64,000 nucleotides of DNA from assembly GCA_963785725.1 (NCBI GenBank), contig CAWAWS010000033.1, positions 96,001 through 160,000 on the forward strand, read 5' to 3'. Source of the stretch: an uncultured delta proteobacterium. Its GTDB lineage: Bacteria; Myxococcota_A; Polyangia; Palsa-1104. A program made the position numbers and the translations under genes. Below, piece after piece: positions 8,828-19,118 of this stretch. Under the pieces are notes generated by a model. That model did not search any database. It had not been told where the DNA came from and worked only from the letters and a program-made list of their open reading frames with translations. The first letter of the stretch is position 1. Each line of letters opens with the position of its first letter.

Positions 8828-11800
8828 TCATTCGGGATATCCGGCGGCTTGCGAGCGCACCCACGGCGCCGGATTGACGACGCCGAGCGCGCGCATGGCC
8901 CCCTCCGCTTCGGCGACGAGCGCGCGGCCGGCGTTGCCGCCGAGGAGCTGCCCTTTGCGCCGGCGCGCGTAGGCGCTCTCGAGCGGCAGGGCGGCTTCGG
9001 CGAAGGCGGCCAGCGCGACGTCGACGGCGGCGAGCGCGGCGTCGCGCCGGCCGCGGCGGATGGCGATGGCCGCGCGCCACATGGCCGTCTGCCCGCTGGC
9101 GTAGGGATAGCCGGAGTCGCCGCAGACGTCGACGTCGGACTCGGCGGCGCTCAACGCCGACGGCTCGTGACCGCGCGCCGCCAAGAGGCAGCCGGCGCGC
9201 AGGCCGTGAAAGACGAGCCGGAAGTTGGCCGAGCGCATGAGGCCGGTCGCCTTCAACATCGGCCACGCGGCTTCGAGTCGGCGCAAGCCGTCGGCCGGGC
9301 GACCGGCGTAGAGATCGCTGTAGCACTCGAACTTGAGCGCCGTGGTCTTGATGTAGTGGTCGCCGATGGGCGCGCGCGCGAGCGCCTCGTCGATGCGCTC
9401 TTTGGCGACGGCCGGCTGATCGGCGGCCAGCGGCGGGATCGCCGAGTAGAGGCGCGCGCACACCTCGCTGTAGCGATTGCCCGACGCGCGCGCGTCGGCG
9501 GCGGCGCGCTCGGTACGGCGGGCCAGCTCGTCGAAGCGGCCGAGCAGCTGCAAGTCGAGGATGGCGTTGAGCTCGGCCTTCTGGATCTCGCTCTGCACAC
9601 CGCGGCACTGCCGGAGCAGCGTCTGCGCCTCCTCGAACGCCGCCAGCGCCTCGACCCAGCGGCCGCGCGTGTGCTCGACGAACGCCGTCCAAAAGCGCAA
9701 CAGGCCGAGCACGTAAGGCGTGCCGAGGCCGTCGGCGATGATGCGCGCGCGCTCGATCATCTTCTTGCCCATCGGCGAGCCGACGACCGAGAGGCCGCTG
9801 CCGACGGCGGCCATGCCTTCGACGACGCGCGACGGCTCGCCCGCGGTCAACGCCAAGACGAGCGCGCGGGCCGAGAAGCGCGTCGACGCGATCGGATCAC
9901 GCATAGTCAAGCTACGACTGGCCGAGTAGCAGAGATCGATGCGAAAGCGCGTCATGGCGTCGATCTCGCTCTCGGCGCGCTCCACGAAGTCGAGGCCACG
10001 CCAGCGCAGCCGCAACAAGTCGGCGCCGAAGCCGACCATGGCGCGCGCCGACGTCTTTGGGCGCGACAGGCCCACTTGCGCGCACAGCTCGTCGAGGAGG
10101 GCCAAGCCTTCGTCGCTGTGGCCGCCCATGAGGTACTGCTCGCAGGCCGAGCGACGCAGCAAGAGCGCGTCCAAGCCCGACGCTTGCGCGGCCGCTTCGA
10201 GGTAGCGCGGCGCGGCTTCGGCGCAGCGACCGGCGTTGGCGAGCGCGGCGGCATGCTTGGCCAGCGGCGAACAATCGTGCGGCCGCCAATCGAGCGCCTT
10301 GCCATACAGCTCGGCGGCTTCGTCGAAGGCGAGCGCGGCTTCGGCCTCGGCGGCGGCGCGCAGCGCGTAATCGGCGGCCCGATCGAGCTCGCCCGCTTCG
10401 TGCAAATGCTTGGCGACGAGGCCCGGCAGCACCGTGCGATTGGCGGCATAGGCCGAGGCCAACGCCAGATGCAGCCCACGCCGCTTCTCCGGCTCGAGCG
10501 CGCGGGCGACAATCTCGCGGATGCGGTCGTGATAAGGCGCCACTTGCTCGCGCCCGTCGGTGTGCCGGGTGCGCAACAGATGGCCGGCGCGCAGGCGGTT
10601 GAGCAGCGTGCGGTCGATGGAGTCGAGGCCGGCCGCGTGGCGCGCGATCTCGACGTCGACGGGACGACCGGCCAAGCCGACGACCGCCAAGAAGCGCTGC
10701 CACGGCTCGGGCAGCTCGTCGATGCGCTGCGCGACCATGTGCTCGAGCAGCGCCTGACGCTGCTCCAAGTCGGGCGTATGCGGCTGCGCCGCGCGGGTGT
10801 CGGCGTGCGTGAAGCGCACCAGCTCCTCGAGCAGGAGCGGGTTGCCGGCGGCCTCGCGCACCAGCTCGGCGACGACACCGGGACGCGTGCGGCGCCGCTG
10901 CAACAGCGCCGTCGCCAGCGCTTCGCAGTCGCTGGCCGGGATGCGCTCGAGCGCCAGGCGGCGGCGATCGGTCGTGTCCGCCGCCGTCGCCGCCAACGCG
11001 CGCAGCTCGCGCAAGAACGGGCTCGATTCGCCGTCTTCGTTGCGATAGGTCAGTAAGAGCAGCAGCGGCGGCGCGTTGGGCGGCTCGAGCAGCTGATGCA
11101 GCAGCACCGCCGAGTCGACGTCGCCCCAGTGCACGTCGTCGAGCAGCATGACCACGTGCTGCTCCTTGCCGAGGTCGCGCAGGAGCTCGCGCAAGGCTTC
11201 GACGGCGCTGCGGCGCACTTCGAGGGCGCTGCGGCCGTCGTCGGGCGCGTCGCCGGCGTTGGCGGTCACGAAGCCGGGCACGCGGCCGAGCACGGGAAAC
11301 AGCCGCGCCAAGTCGGCGACGGCGCGCGGCCAGGCGTTGGCGCTCGTCTGCCAGCGGCGCAAGAGCACACGGCTCAGCTCGTCGATGACGCCGTCGAACG
11401 CGCGATACGGCAGCGTCTCTTGCTCGTAGAATCGGCCGACCAGCACGAGCGCGTCCGGGCTGTCGACGAGGTTGCCGAGAAAATGCTCGCACAGCGCCGT
11501 CTTGCCCAGGCCCGACTCGCCCGACAGCTCGACGACGACCGGCCGACCCGGCTGCACCGCCTTGAACGCCGCACTCAGCTGCTGAAGCTCGGCCGTGCGG
11601 CTGATGAAGACGTGGCGCGGCCCCTGATCGCTGTGCACCTCGGCGATGTCGCGACCTTGCAAGCGGCGCAGGACTTCGGGCCCCGTCGGCCGCTGCTCGG
11701 CCGTCACTTGCAGCAAGTCCTGGCACAGCTGGCTCAGATGCTCGGGGATCGCCGGGTCGATGAGCTGCGGGCGAATCGGCCGGCGCGTGAAGATGGCGGT

Positions 11801-12556
11801 GCCGATCTGGCTCGGCGAGCCGTCGAACGGCGGCACGCCGACGAGCGCTTCGTAGAGCACGACGCCGAACGAGTACCAGTCGCTGGCTTCGGTCACCGGG
11901 CCCGCCGTCCACTGCTCGGGCGACATGTAGAGCGGCGTGCCCACGATCTCGCCCTCGACGTTCGCCGCCAGCGGTCGCGTCTCCGTCGCCAGCCCGAAGT
12001 CGAGCACGACGACGCGCGAGTCGGGGGTCACCAAAATGTTCGACGGCTTGACGTCGCGATGCAAGAGGCCGGCCTCGTGCAGCGCGCACAGCGCCTCGGC
12101 CAGCTGACCGAAGACGGCGCGCACGTGCGCCAGATCGAGCGCCGGCATCGGCACGCGCTCGCGCCGCGGCGCCCCGCCCCGCGCCGACATCGCCTCGACG
12201 GTGACCGCCTGCTCGACCGGCACCAGCTCGGGCCGCAAGTGCTCCAGCATCGTACGCCCGGGCACCAGCTCCATCGTGAAATACCAGGCGTCGTGCGACT
12301 GGAACAGCTCGTACAGCGACACCAAGTTCGGGTGCGCCATTTCCGCGAGGAGCCGAAACTCCTTCTTGAATCGATAGATCGACTCGGGGCTCTGCTGGCG
12401 CAGCTGCTTGAGCGCGACGGGGATGCCGAGCTCGCGATCGAACGCGGCATAGACGGTGCCGAAGCCGCCCTCGCCTAGTCGCTCGCGGACCTCGAATCGC
12501 TCCTGGCCCGTGAACCCTTCCATGCGGTGCGGCTCTAGCCTCCTCGGGAGTGCCAC
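8828..12556 (-). CDS. Ser/Thr protein kinase with AAA_16/STAND-like P-loop NTPase and C-terminal helical (TPR-like) region
   Basis: [30 protein letters not shown]; Walker A GESGLGKT; Walker [10 protein letters not shown]; paralogous to 1353..5204. Confidence 0.92.
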   Translation of the reverse strand: MALPRRLEPHRMEGFTGQERFEVRERLGEGGFGTVYAAFDRELGIPVALKQLRQQSPESIYRFKKEFRLLAEMAHPNLVSLYELFQSHDAWYFTMELVPGRTMLEHLRPELVPVEQAVTVEAMSARGGAPRRERVPMPALDLAHVRAVFGQLAEALCALHEAGLLHRDVKPSNILVTPDSRVVVLDFGLATETRPLAANVEGEIVGTPLYMSPEQWTAGPVTEASDWYSFGVVLYEALVGVPPFDGSPSQIGTAIFTRRPIRPQLIDPAIPEHLSQLCQDLLQVTAEQRPTGPEVLRRLQGRDIAEVHSDQGPRHVFISRTAELQQLSAAFKAVQPGRPVVVELSGESGLGKTALCEHFLGNLVDSPDALVLVGRFYEQETLPYRAFDGVIDELSRVLLRRWQTSANAWPRAVADLARLFPVLGRVPGFVTANAGDAPDDGRSALEVRRSAVEALRELLRDLGKEQHVVMLLDDVHWGDVDSAVLLHQLLEPPNAPPLLLLLTYRNEDGESSPFLRELRALAATAADTTDRRRLALERIPASDCEALATALLQRRRTRPGVVAELVREAAGNPLLLEELVRFTHADTRAAQPHTPDLEQRQALLEHMVAQRIDELPEPWQRFLAVVGLAGRPVDVEIARHAAGLDSIDRTLLNRLRAGHLLRTRHTDGREQVAPYHDRIREIVARALEPEKRRGLHLALASAYAANRTVLPGLVAKHLHEAGELDRAADYALRAAAEAEAALAFDEAAELYGKALDWRPHDCSPLAKHAAALANAGRCAEAAPRYLEAAAQASGLDALLLRRSACEQYLMGGHSDEGLALLDELCAQVGLSRPKTSARAMVGFGADLLRLRWRGLDFVERAESEIDAMTRFRIDLCYSASRSLTMRDPIASTRFSARALVLALTAGEPSRVVEGMAAVGSGLSVVGSPMGKKMIERARIIADGLGTPYVLGLLRFWTAFVEHTRGRWVEALAAFEEAQTLLRQCRGVQSEIQKAELNAILDLQLLGRFDELARRTERAAADARASGNRYSEVCARLYSAIPPLAADQPAVAKERIDEALARAPIGDHYIKTTALKFECYSDLYAGRPADGLRRLEAAWPMLKATGLMRSANFRLVFHGLRAGCLLAARGHEPSALSAAESDVDVCGDSGYPYASGQTAMWRAAIAIRRGRRDAALAAVDVALAAFAEAALPLESAYARRRKGQLLGGNAGRALVAEAEGAMRALGVVNPAPWVRSQAAGYPE

Positions 12557-12736
12557 AGTATCAGGAGTTCACCGAGGGAGGCAATATCAGCACACCCGCG
12601 TCCCGGCTTACGGCCGCGATCCCGGCGACGGCAGCGGATTTGGGCGCGCGCGCGGCGACGGCCAAGTAGCGTAAAAAGATGCGGCAAATTGTCGCACTTC
12701 GAGAGCAGCTGCCCGGCGCTGCGGGCGCGATAGGAA

Positions 12737-14428
12737 TTACGAGATCGGGATCTGGAAGTTGTCCCACGCCGGCGTGTGATTGCCTTCCGTCGTCAGCTGG
12801 TTCCACAAATACAGGGCCGGATAGGTCTTCATGACACCGCTATCGATGACGACCGGCGTCACGAATAGCTGCGGCGTCGAGAGGTCATTGCGCTTGGACG
12901 AGAACGTCAACCAATAGAACGTGCGCGTTCCCACCGTCGTCGTATCGGGCGCCCATTTCGGCCAGCTATTGGTGAGCCCAGGACTGGCGACGCCGGTGCA
13001 CGCCGCCGGATCATTGGCCGCGAGCCGCGTCGGTATCGTCGACGAGCCGTCGGCGTTGACGATCGAGATCTCGGCCGGCGCGTTGGCCGGCGTGTAATTG
13101 TTGTTGCCCACCGGCATCGCCGTGAACGCGATGTACTTGTCGTCCGGCGAGAATGACGGGAAATACTCGTTGCGCCCGGAATTGGCCGCGCCGCCCAATG
13201 CCACTGACGTTCCGCCGGCGCCATTGGTGAATGCCACTTTGCGCAGATCGCCGTCCGTCATTTGATATCCGGATCCCGACGACGAGCCACTGGCATAGAC
13301 AATCGTCATGCCGTCGTGACTGAACGCCGGCGCGCCCGGAAATTTGCCGGTCGCTTCGCCGGTCGCGATGTTCGTCTGCGCGCCCGTCTCCAAGTTCGTC
13401 GAGATCATCGAATAGCCGGGGAAGTCGGAGTTGACCATCGGCCCCGTCGGCTTGAGCGACACCATCAAGCGATCGCCCGTCGTCCAATGCGCCTTCGAGA
13501 ACACCGGCATCGTCGAGCCATTGAACGCGAGATCGGCCTGCACCGCCGCCGACGCCGTGATGAAGCTCGGCACCGTCGCGTTGCCGTCCGTCGAGAAGAG
13601 CCCGATCTGCGCCGGCCGGCCGTCCTGATTCGTCGAGGTCCACGCCAGGCCGATATACAAACCATCGGGCGTCGACGCGTGGCAGGCGATGCAGCCGGTC
13701 TGACCGCCCGGCGACTGCGACTGAGTCATGACCACTTTCGGCGTCGAGTCGTCACCGAAGTTGAAGCCCTTCATCGACGTGTTGAGCGTGCCCGTCTGCT
13801 CCGCCCAATAGACAATCGCGCCCGGCGCGCTCGCCGGCGCGATCGTCAGGTCGCCCGTCGAGCCCAGCGACGGACCGGCCGTCAAGGCGCTGCCCGTCAA
13901 CACGGCGCCTCTGATCGTGACCGTGACCGGCTGATCGGTGTGCGTGCTCAGTCCTTGCCACATCGTCTGCGGCATGGCCCAGCTCTTCGACTGCGTATAA
14001 ACGAGCAAATCGTTTACTTCGCCCGCCGTGTGAATGCGGATTTCGAATATGTTTTGATTCCCGACCGGCGTCATATCGAAGCGCGGCCGCAGGAAGTTTT
14101 GCGGCAGCAAGGCGCCGATCGGCGGCTGCGTCAAGCACGGGCCGCCCGTCGCCGAGCCGCTGCCGGCGGCGCCGAAGAGGCCGGGCGCCGTCGTCGGCGT
14201 CGTGCCGTCGATGATGGGCGCGGCCGGGAAATCCGAGCCCGGCGTCGCGACCGCCATATCGGGCGACGAATCTCCGCCGCCACCGCCGCCGGTGCCACCG
14301 CCGCTGCCACCGCCACCGCCACCCGCGCCACCGTCGCTCTTGGTGCCCGAACGTCCCGAGCCGGCGGAGCCACAGCCACTGACGACCAGCGTCGCGGCTA
14401 AGAGAAGCGAAGACACTGAAAGACGCAT
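12737..14428 (-). CDS. Lipoprotein with TolB-like/PD40 beta-propeller repeats
   Basis: Lipobox VSGC, Gly-rich linker, PAFSHDG/PSFSPDD/PKWAPD repeats, one CIACH motif. Confidence 0.75.
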   Translation of the reverse strand: MRLSVSSLLLAATLVVSGCGSAGSGRSGTKSDGGAGGGGGGSGGGTGGGGGGDSSPDMAVATPGSDFPAAPIIDGTTPTTAPGLFGAAGSGSATGGPCLTQPPIGALLPQNFLRPRFDMTPVGNQNIFEIRIHTAGEVNDLLVYTQSKSWAMPQTMWQGLSTHTDQPVTVTIRGAVLTGSALTAGPSLGSTGDLTIAPASAPGAIVYWAEQTGTLNTSMKGFNFGDDSTPKVVMTQSQSPGGQTGCIACHASTPDGLYIGLAWTSTNQDGRPAQIGLFSTDGNATVPSFITASAAVQADLAFNGSTMPVFSKAHWTTGDRLMVSLKPTGPMVNSDFPGYSMISTNLETGAQTNIATGEATGKFPGAPAFSHDGMTIVYASGSSSGSGYQMTDGDLRKVAFTNGAGGTSVALGGAANSGRNEYFPSFSPDDKYIAFTAMPVGNNNYTPANAPAEISIVNADGSSTIPTRLAANDPAACTGVASPGLTNSWPKWAPDTTTVGTRTFYWLTFSSKRNDLSTPQLFVTPVVIDSGVMKTYPALYLWNQLTTEGNHTPAWDNFQIPIS

Positions 14429-14565
14429 GATTCACTCTATCGTGTCCGATCGACTGCGGCCACGCTTCAGAACGGCTAGGGCAAACCCTCTACAAATGCA
14501 GCGATGGGCGACGTGACAAGTTTCGTTGACGTATCGCGAGCGAGACGGTCGCTTAAGGGGTCGGC

Positions 14566-15723
14566 CTAACGAAGTTGGACGCTCACTTCCATATTCTCGC
14601 TCGCGATCCCCGACTGCACGAACTGCTTACCGGTCGTGTTACGGCCGAGCGCGTTATCGAAGAACGCCTGCGCCGCGGCTTTCGTCAGATCCTGCTGACG
14701 GCCGGCGTCGAGCGACGGCGTCGTCGGGATCGTCGTGCACGCCGCCGGGCACACGCTCGGATCCTGCGCGATGCCCTGCGCGGCCGTGCCCAGCGACGAG
14801 AACGAGCTGGCGTCGAGCATGCCCAGCGCTTTACAGCCGAAGGCGTCGTAGTTCGTCGCCGCGTCCAAGAACGCAGCCGCCGTCGCGAAGCCGGTGTGCG
14901 AGCCGGCGGCGAAGGCCATGAGCTCGCTGGGCGACTTCGTGAACGGGAAGATGCGCAGCTCGTTGGCCGCCGGATCGACGATCGCGTCCGAGCTGCCGTA
15001 CATCATCAAGAGCGGCAGCGCCGGCGCGTTGGCGAAATACTCGGCCGTGAACATGCACGACGGCGGCGCCATCGCCAGCACCGCCTTCAGCCGCGGATCG
15101 CGCATCGTCGGGTGGTAACCCAATAATAGAGTCGTCAGCCCGCCCAGCGACAAGCCGGACGCGACGATGCGGTCGGGGTCGATGCTGGCGGCGATGGCCG
15201 CCGTCGGTCCGCTCGCCGTGAGCAGCTGATCGATGACGAAGCTGTCGTCGAGCGGCTGATTGGCCGTGTCGTCGATGGTCGGGTTGCCGGGCGCGTTGGC
15301 CTGCGACAGCGGGAAATCGGGCGCGGCCACGATGTAGCCATAGCTCGCCAAATGCTCACCCAGATAGGACTCGCCATCATTGGAGTCCATGAAACCGTGA
15401 CTATGAATGACGAGCGGATAGTGGCCGGGCGCGAGCGGCGCGTCGGTCTCGGAGCCGCCAACCTGCGCCGTCGGGTACCAGACCTGCGTCACCAGCGTGC
15501 GGTTGGGCGCGCCGGCGTAGGTGCCGTTGGCGGGCGTCGGGCGCGAGTTGTCGACGAAGGTGAACGTCGTGAGGCCGATGCTCATGGGACCGTCCGCGAC
15601 CCATTGGGCCGTCGTCTTGGTCGTGTTGGTGGACTTGGCGGAGCCGCCGCAGCCGGCAAAGCCTGCGCAAAAGAGGCCGGCCGAGACGAAGCTAAGACAT
15701 CGTAGGGTTTTGGGCGTTCGCAT
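14566..15723 (-). CDS. Alpha/beta hydrolase lipoprotein (PAF-acetylhydrolase/chlorophyllase/dienelactone hydrolase-like)
   Basis: Lipobox FAGC; VWYP, PLVIHSHG, HLASYGYIVAAPDFP, nucleophile elbow GLSLGG, D-AIV and GSH. Confidence 0.82.
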   Translation of the reverse strand: MRTPKTLRCLSFVSAGLFCAGFAGCGGSAKSTNTTKTTAQWVADGPMSIGLTTFTFVDNSRPTPANGTYAGAPNRTLVTQVWYPTAQVGGSETDAPLAPGHYPLVIHSHGFMDSNDGESYLGEHLASYGYIVAAPDFPLSQANAPGNPTIDDTANQPLDDSFVIDQLLTASGPTAAIAASIDPDRIVASGLSLGGLTTLLLGYHPTMRDPRLKAVLAMAPPSCMFTAEYFANAPALPLLMMYGSSDAIVDPAANELRIFPFTKSPSELMAFAAGSHTGFATAAAFLDAATNYDAFGCKALGMLDASSFSSLGTAAQGIAQDPSVCPAACTTIPTTPSLDAGRQQDLTKAAAQAFFDNALGRNTTGKQFVQSGIASENMEVSVQLR

Positions 15724-15949
15724 GGCGCGCAGCATACGCCGAACGCCGTGAAAACCGCGATCGAGTGATCACGCGCACGCGATGGTGGCAAGAGCGGGAG
15801 TACAGTGGTCGCAGCGGCGAATTCACGACATTCGTGTCCGACGCTTGGCGAATTCCTGACGGATGGAGCGGCTCACACCCAAGCCGCACTTGGAAAATGA
15901 GCGAGCACGCCGCCTGCAAGGGCGTTCTCGCCGAGCGGAGGGGGAGATC

Positions 15950-17860
15950 ATGACGCGCGTCTCGAAGTTCGGATTCATGGTGCTGTGGGCGGTGGCAGGC
16001 TGCCATGCGCAGACCAGCAGCAACCCGCCGGTCGACTTCGGCAACGTCGTCGACCCGGGTCCGCCGATCGGGCCGCAGCCGCAGTTCGACGAGCCGGCGG
16101 TGACGTCGGCCAAAGCGCCGGCGCCGCTCATCGGCGGCACGGTGCTGATGCTGGCCGGCGGCACGACGGCGCTCGTCGCCGACCCCGACCGCGATCGCGT
16201 CAACATCGTCGACCTCGACAAGCAGGCCGTCCACTTTGCCATCGCGCTCAACGCCGGCGACGAGCCGGGCCGCGCGGTGCAAGACGCGGCCGGCCTCGTG
16301 CACGTCGCCGCCCGGCGCGGCGGCGCGCTCATCTCGATCGATCCCGTCGCCGGCACCATCACGACGCGGCGCGCGGTGTGCGCGGCGCCGCGCGGCGTCG
16401 CTTATGACGCGACTGCGAATTTGTTGCACGTCGCCTGCGCCGGCGGCGAGCTGGTCTCGCTGCCGGCGGGCGGCGGCGCGGCGGTGCGCACGGTGCAGCT
16501 CGAGCGCGACATCCGCGACGTCGTCGTCAGCAACGCGGGGCAGCTCATCGTCAGCACGTTCCGCACGGCGCAGCTGTTGATGCTCGCCGCCGATGGCTCG
16601 GTCGCGCAGCGCTTCGCCCTGCCCTCCAGCAACGACCCGTTCAGCGGACAGCCGTTCGCCGCCGCCGTCGCCTGGCGCATGCAGAAGCTGAGCGACGGCC
16701 GCATCCTCGTCACGCATCAGCTCGGCGCCGTCGGTGAGGTGCAGATCACGCAAGGCGGCTACGGCGGCGGCGGCGAAGGCTGCGGCAGCATCGTGCGCAC
16801 GTCGATGGCCGTGTTCGACCCGGCGACGCTGACGATGTCGGCGGCGTCGCCGCTGCCGGACGCCGTGCTCGCGGCCGACTTCAGCGTCGCGCCGCAGTCG
16901 CGTCAGCTCGCCGTGCTCAGCGCCGGCAACGCGCACACGCCCGGCCTCGACGCCGTGCCGACCTACCCGCTCGACGTCGTCGTCGGCCCGCCGGTCGCGC
17001 AACCGAGCGGCGACATGGCCGTCGGCGACATGGCCGACGCCGGCAGCGGCAACCCCGACCCCGGCGGCGGATTCACCGGCGGCTGCGGCATCACCGATGC
17101 CACGCCGGGCCACGCACCGGTGGCCGAGCCCATCGCCGTCGCATACGACCAGGCCGAGCATTTGTGGGTGCAAGAGCGTGAGCCGGCGCGGCTCGTGCGG
17201 CTCGACGGCCAAGCCACCATCACGCTCGCCACCGACTCGATGGCCGACACCGGCTGGGCCGTCTTCCACTCGAACTCGGGCGCCAACATCGCCTGCGCCA
17301 TGTGCCATCCCGAAGGCGGCGAGGACTCGCGCACCTGGAACTTCGCAGACGTCGGACCGCGCCGCACGCAGACGCTGCGCGGTCACGTCGGCGGCACCGA
17401 GCCGTTCCACTGGTCGGGCGACTTGCACGACTTCAGCGCCCTCGTCGGCGAGGTCTACATCAAGCGCATGTCGGGCCCGACGCTGCTCGGCGATCAGTCG
17501 TCGACGCTGTTCGCCTGGATCAACACCATTCCCGAGCTGCCGCAGTCGCCGCCCGCCGACTCCGCCGCCGCCGCCCGCGGCCAGACGCTGTTCAACGCGC
17601 CCGACGGCCCGCTCTGCTCCACCTGCCACATCGGCAGCCAGATGACGAACAACCTGACGCTCGACGTCGGCACCGGTGGCCAATTCCAGGTGCCGCGGCT
17701 CATCGGGGTCGCCTGGCGCTCGCCCTTCATGCACGACGGCTGCGCCGCGACGTTGGCCGATCGCTTCGGCGTCTGCGGCGGCGGCGACGCACACGGCGCG
17801 ACGTCCACGCTGTCGAGCGCGCAGATCTCCGATCTCGTCGCTTATCTGAACACGCTCTAA
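15950..17860 (+). CDS. Lipoprotein with YVTN/YncE-like beta-propeller and di-haem cytochrome c (CCP/MauG-like) domain
   Basis: Lipobox VAGC; two CxxCH motifs (CAMCH, CSTCH); PFHWSG, SPFMHDG, DLVAYLNTL. Confidence 0.85.
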   Translation: MTRVSKFGFMVLWAVAGCHAQTSSNPPVDFGNVVDPGPPIGPQPQFDEPAVTSAKAPAPLIGGTVLMLAGGTTALVADPDRDRVNIVDLDKQAVHFAIALNAGDEPGRAVQDAAGLVHVAARRGGALISIDPVAGTITTRRAVCAAPRGVAYDATANLLHVACAGGELVSLPAGGGAAVRTVQLERDIRDVVVSNAGQLIVSTFRTAQLLMLAADGSVAQRFALPSSNDPFSGQPFAAAVAWRMQKLSDGRILVTHQLGAVGEVQITQGGYGGGGEGCGSIVRTSMAVFDPATLTMSAASPLPDAVLAADFSVAPQSRQLAVLSAGNAHTPGLDAVPTYPLDVVVGPPVAQPSGDMAVGDMADAGSGNPDPGGGFTGGCGITDATPGHAPVAEPIAVAYDQAEHLWVQEREPARLVRLDGQATITLATDSMADTGWAVFHSNSGANIACAMCHPEGGEDSRTWNFADVGPRRTQTLRGHVGGTEPFHWSGDLHDFSALVGEVYIKRMSGPTLLGDQSSTLFAWINTIPELPQSPPADSAAAARGQTLFNAPDGPLCSTCHIGSQMTNNLTLDVGTGGQFQVPRLIGVAWRSPFMHDGCAATLADRFGVCGGGDAHGATSTLSSAQISDLVAYLNTL

Positions 17861-17995
17861 GTCGCTGTCGCTCTCCTTTCGCCACTTCCTTTCGCGCGTT
17901 GCCGCGACCGACATAACGACAGACTGACATTGCCGGCCGGCGCCCCCGTCGCTGCGTCAGTTGCGTATTTTCGCCAGATCCTTTACTTGTGACCA

Positions 17996-18349
17996 ATGGC
18001 CAAGACCACGCCGCTGACGCTTCAAGAGCTCAAAGAGCTGCTGCCTCGATTGCAGGCCACGGTCGAGATCCTCGTCGGACAAGCCGGCGCCGGCCGCAGC
18101 AGTGGCGGCGAAGTGACCAAAGGCAAGCGCGGCCCTAAAGCGCGTAACGGCGAAGCGACACAGGAGCTGCAAGACAAGCTCGTCAAGACGCTCAAGGGGA
18201 ACCCCAAAGGGCTGTCGCTCGGTCAAGTGATCGACAAAGTGGGCGCCGATCGCAATGCCATCAAGTATCACTTGCGGCAGCTGCGGGCGCAGAAGAAGGC
18301 GCGCGTCGCCGGCGATCGCAAATTCGCCCGCTGGTACGCGCAGAAGTAA
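17996..18349 (+). CDS. Small basic DNA-binding protein with C-terminal winged helix-turn-helix
   Basis: Lys/Arg-rich; GLSLGQVIDKVGADRNAIKYHLRQL helix-turn-helix followed by a wing ending GDRKFARWY. Confidence 0.7.
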   Translation: MAKTTPLTLQELKELLPRLQATVEILVGQAGAGRSSGGEVTKGKRGPKARNGEATQELQDKLVKTLKGNPKGLSLGQVIDKVGADRNAIKYHLRQLRAQKKARVAGDRKFARWYAQK

Positions 18350-18608
18350 CGCCGCCCGCTATCGCACCAGACTATCGAACCAAAGTAACGCTCGATAGGC
18401 GGATCTATGTGCGGCACGCTATGTCTCTCGATCGAGACATCCTTCAATCGCACGTGACTTAGAGCCGCACTGTCAACGATAGCCGCCTGATCCGCGCCGC
18501 GGCAGCTGGCTGTAAAAAGGCAGCCGAGGTCGCCTAGAATCCACCCATGAATGATGACAGGCGCAGAGCTCGCGACGCCGCGAGCCAGCCGGCAGGGCTG
18601 CGAAGCAG

Positions 18609-19118
18609 ATGATGGGTCCGCTCATCGCGTTCGCCGGATCGTGGACCGTCTTCTTCGGCGCCATCTATCAAGCGGCCTTGGAGATTCGAGAGCACGAGCT
18701 GACGCGGCGGCGCCTCGAGGCCATCGCCCTCGGTGTCGCCGCGCCGCCGCGCATTTCGCGCTGGTGGTGGCTCATTCCGCCGCTGCACGTCGTCCTCGCG
18801 CGTTTGCGGGCGCACAAGCTGCATCGCACCTTTGTCGCGGCCATCTCGCGCGACGACTACGCAATCCTGCTGGCGCTCGTCGCCAAGCTGCGCGGTTGGC
18901 TGTTCGTGGCGTCCGGGACGTACGCGCTGGCCGTCAAGGAGACGCTGGCATTCGCTCATGCCCCGCTCATCGTGTTGGGCGCCACGTGTGCCTGCGCGAT
19001 CGCGCTCGCGGCGTTCTTGTACGGCAGCCAACGCGCGCTCGAACGAAGGCGCGCCATGCCGAATCCGGCCCATGGCTCGGACCAGCAGCGCGCAACTGAG
19101 TCGGGAGAAACGGAATAG
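18609..19118 (+). CDS. Hypothetical membrane protein
   Basis: Three to four hydrophobic segments, GC3-rich frame. Confidence 0.65.
   Translation: MMGPLIAFAGSWTVFFGAIYQAALEIREHELTRRRLEAIALGVAAPPRISRWWWLIPPLHVVLARLRAHKLHRTFVAAISRDDYAILLALVAKLRGWLFVASGTYALAVKETLAFAHAPLIVLGATCACAIALAAFLYGSQRALERRRAMPNPAHGSDQQRATESGETE

Noticed and set aside
1353..12556. Assigning the kinase-NTPase genes to a named defence system (Avs, Stk2)
   Set aside because: Pkinase+AAA_16+TPR is a common expanded myxobacterial family, and there are no defence-island markers or GC shift here; defence stays a hypothesis
14470..14570. GGGCAAACCC resembling the first stem of a c-di-GMP-I riboswitch
   Set aside because: It lies on the strand opposite the flanking genes and has no recognisable second stem
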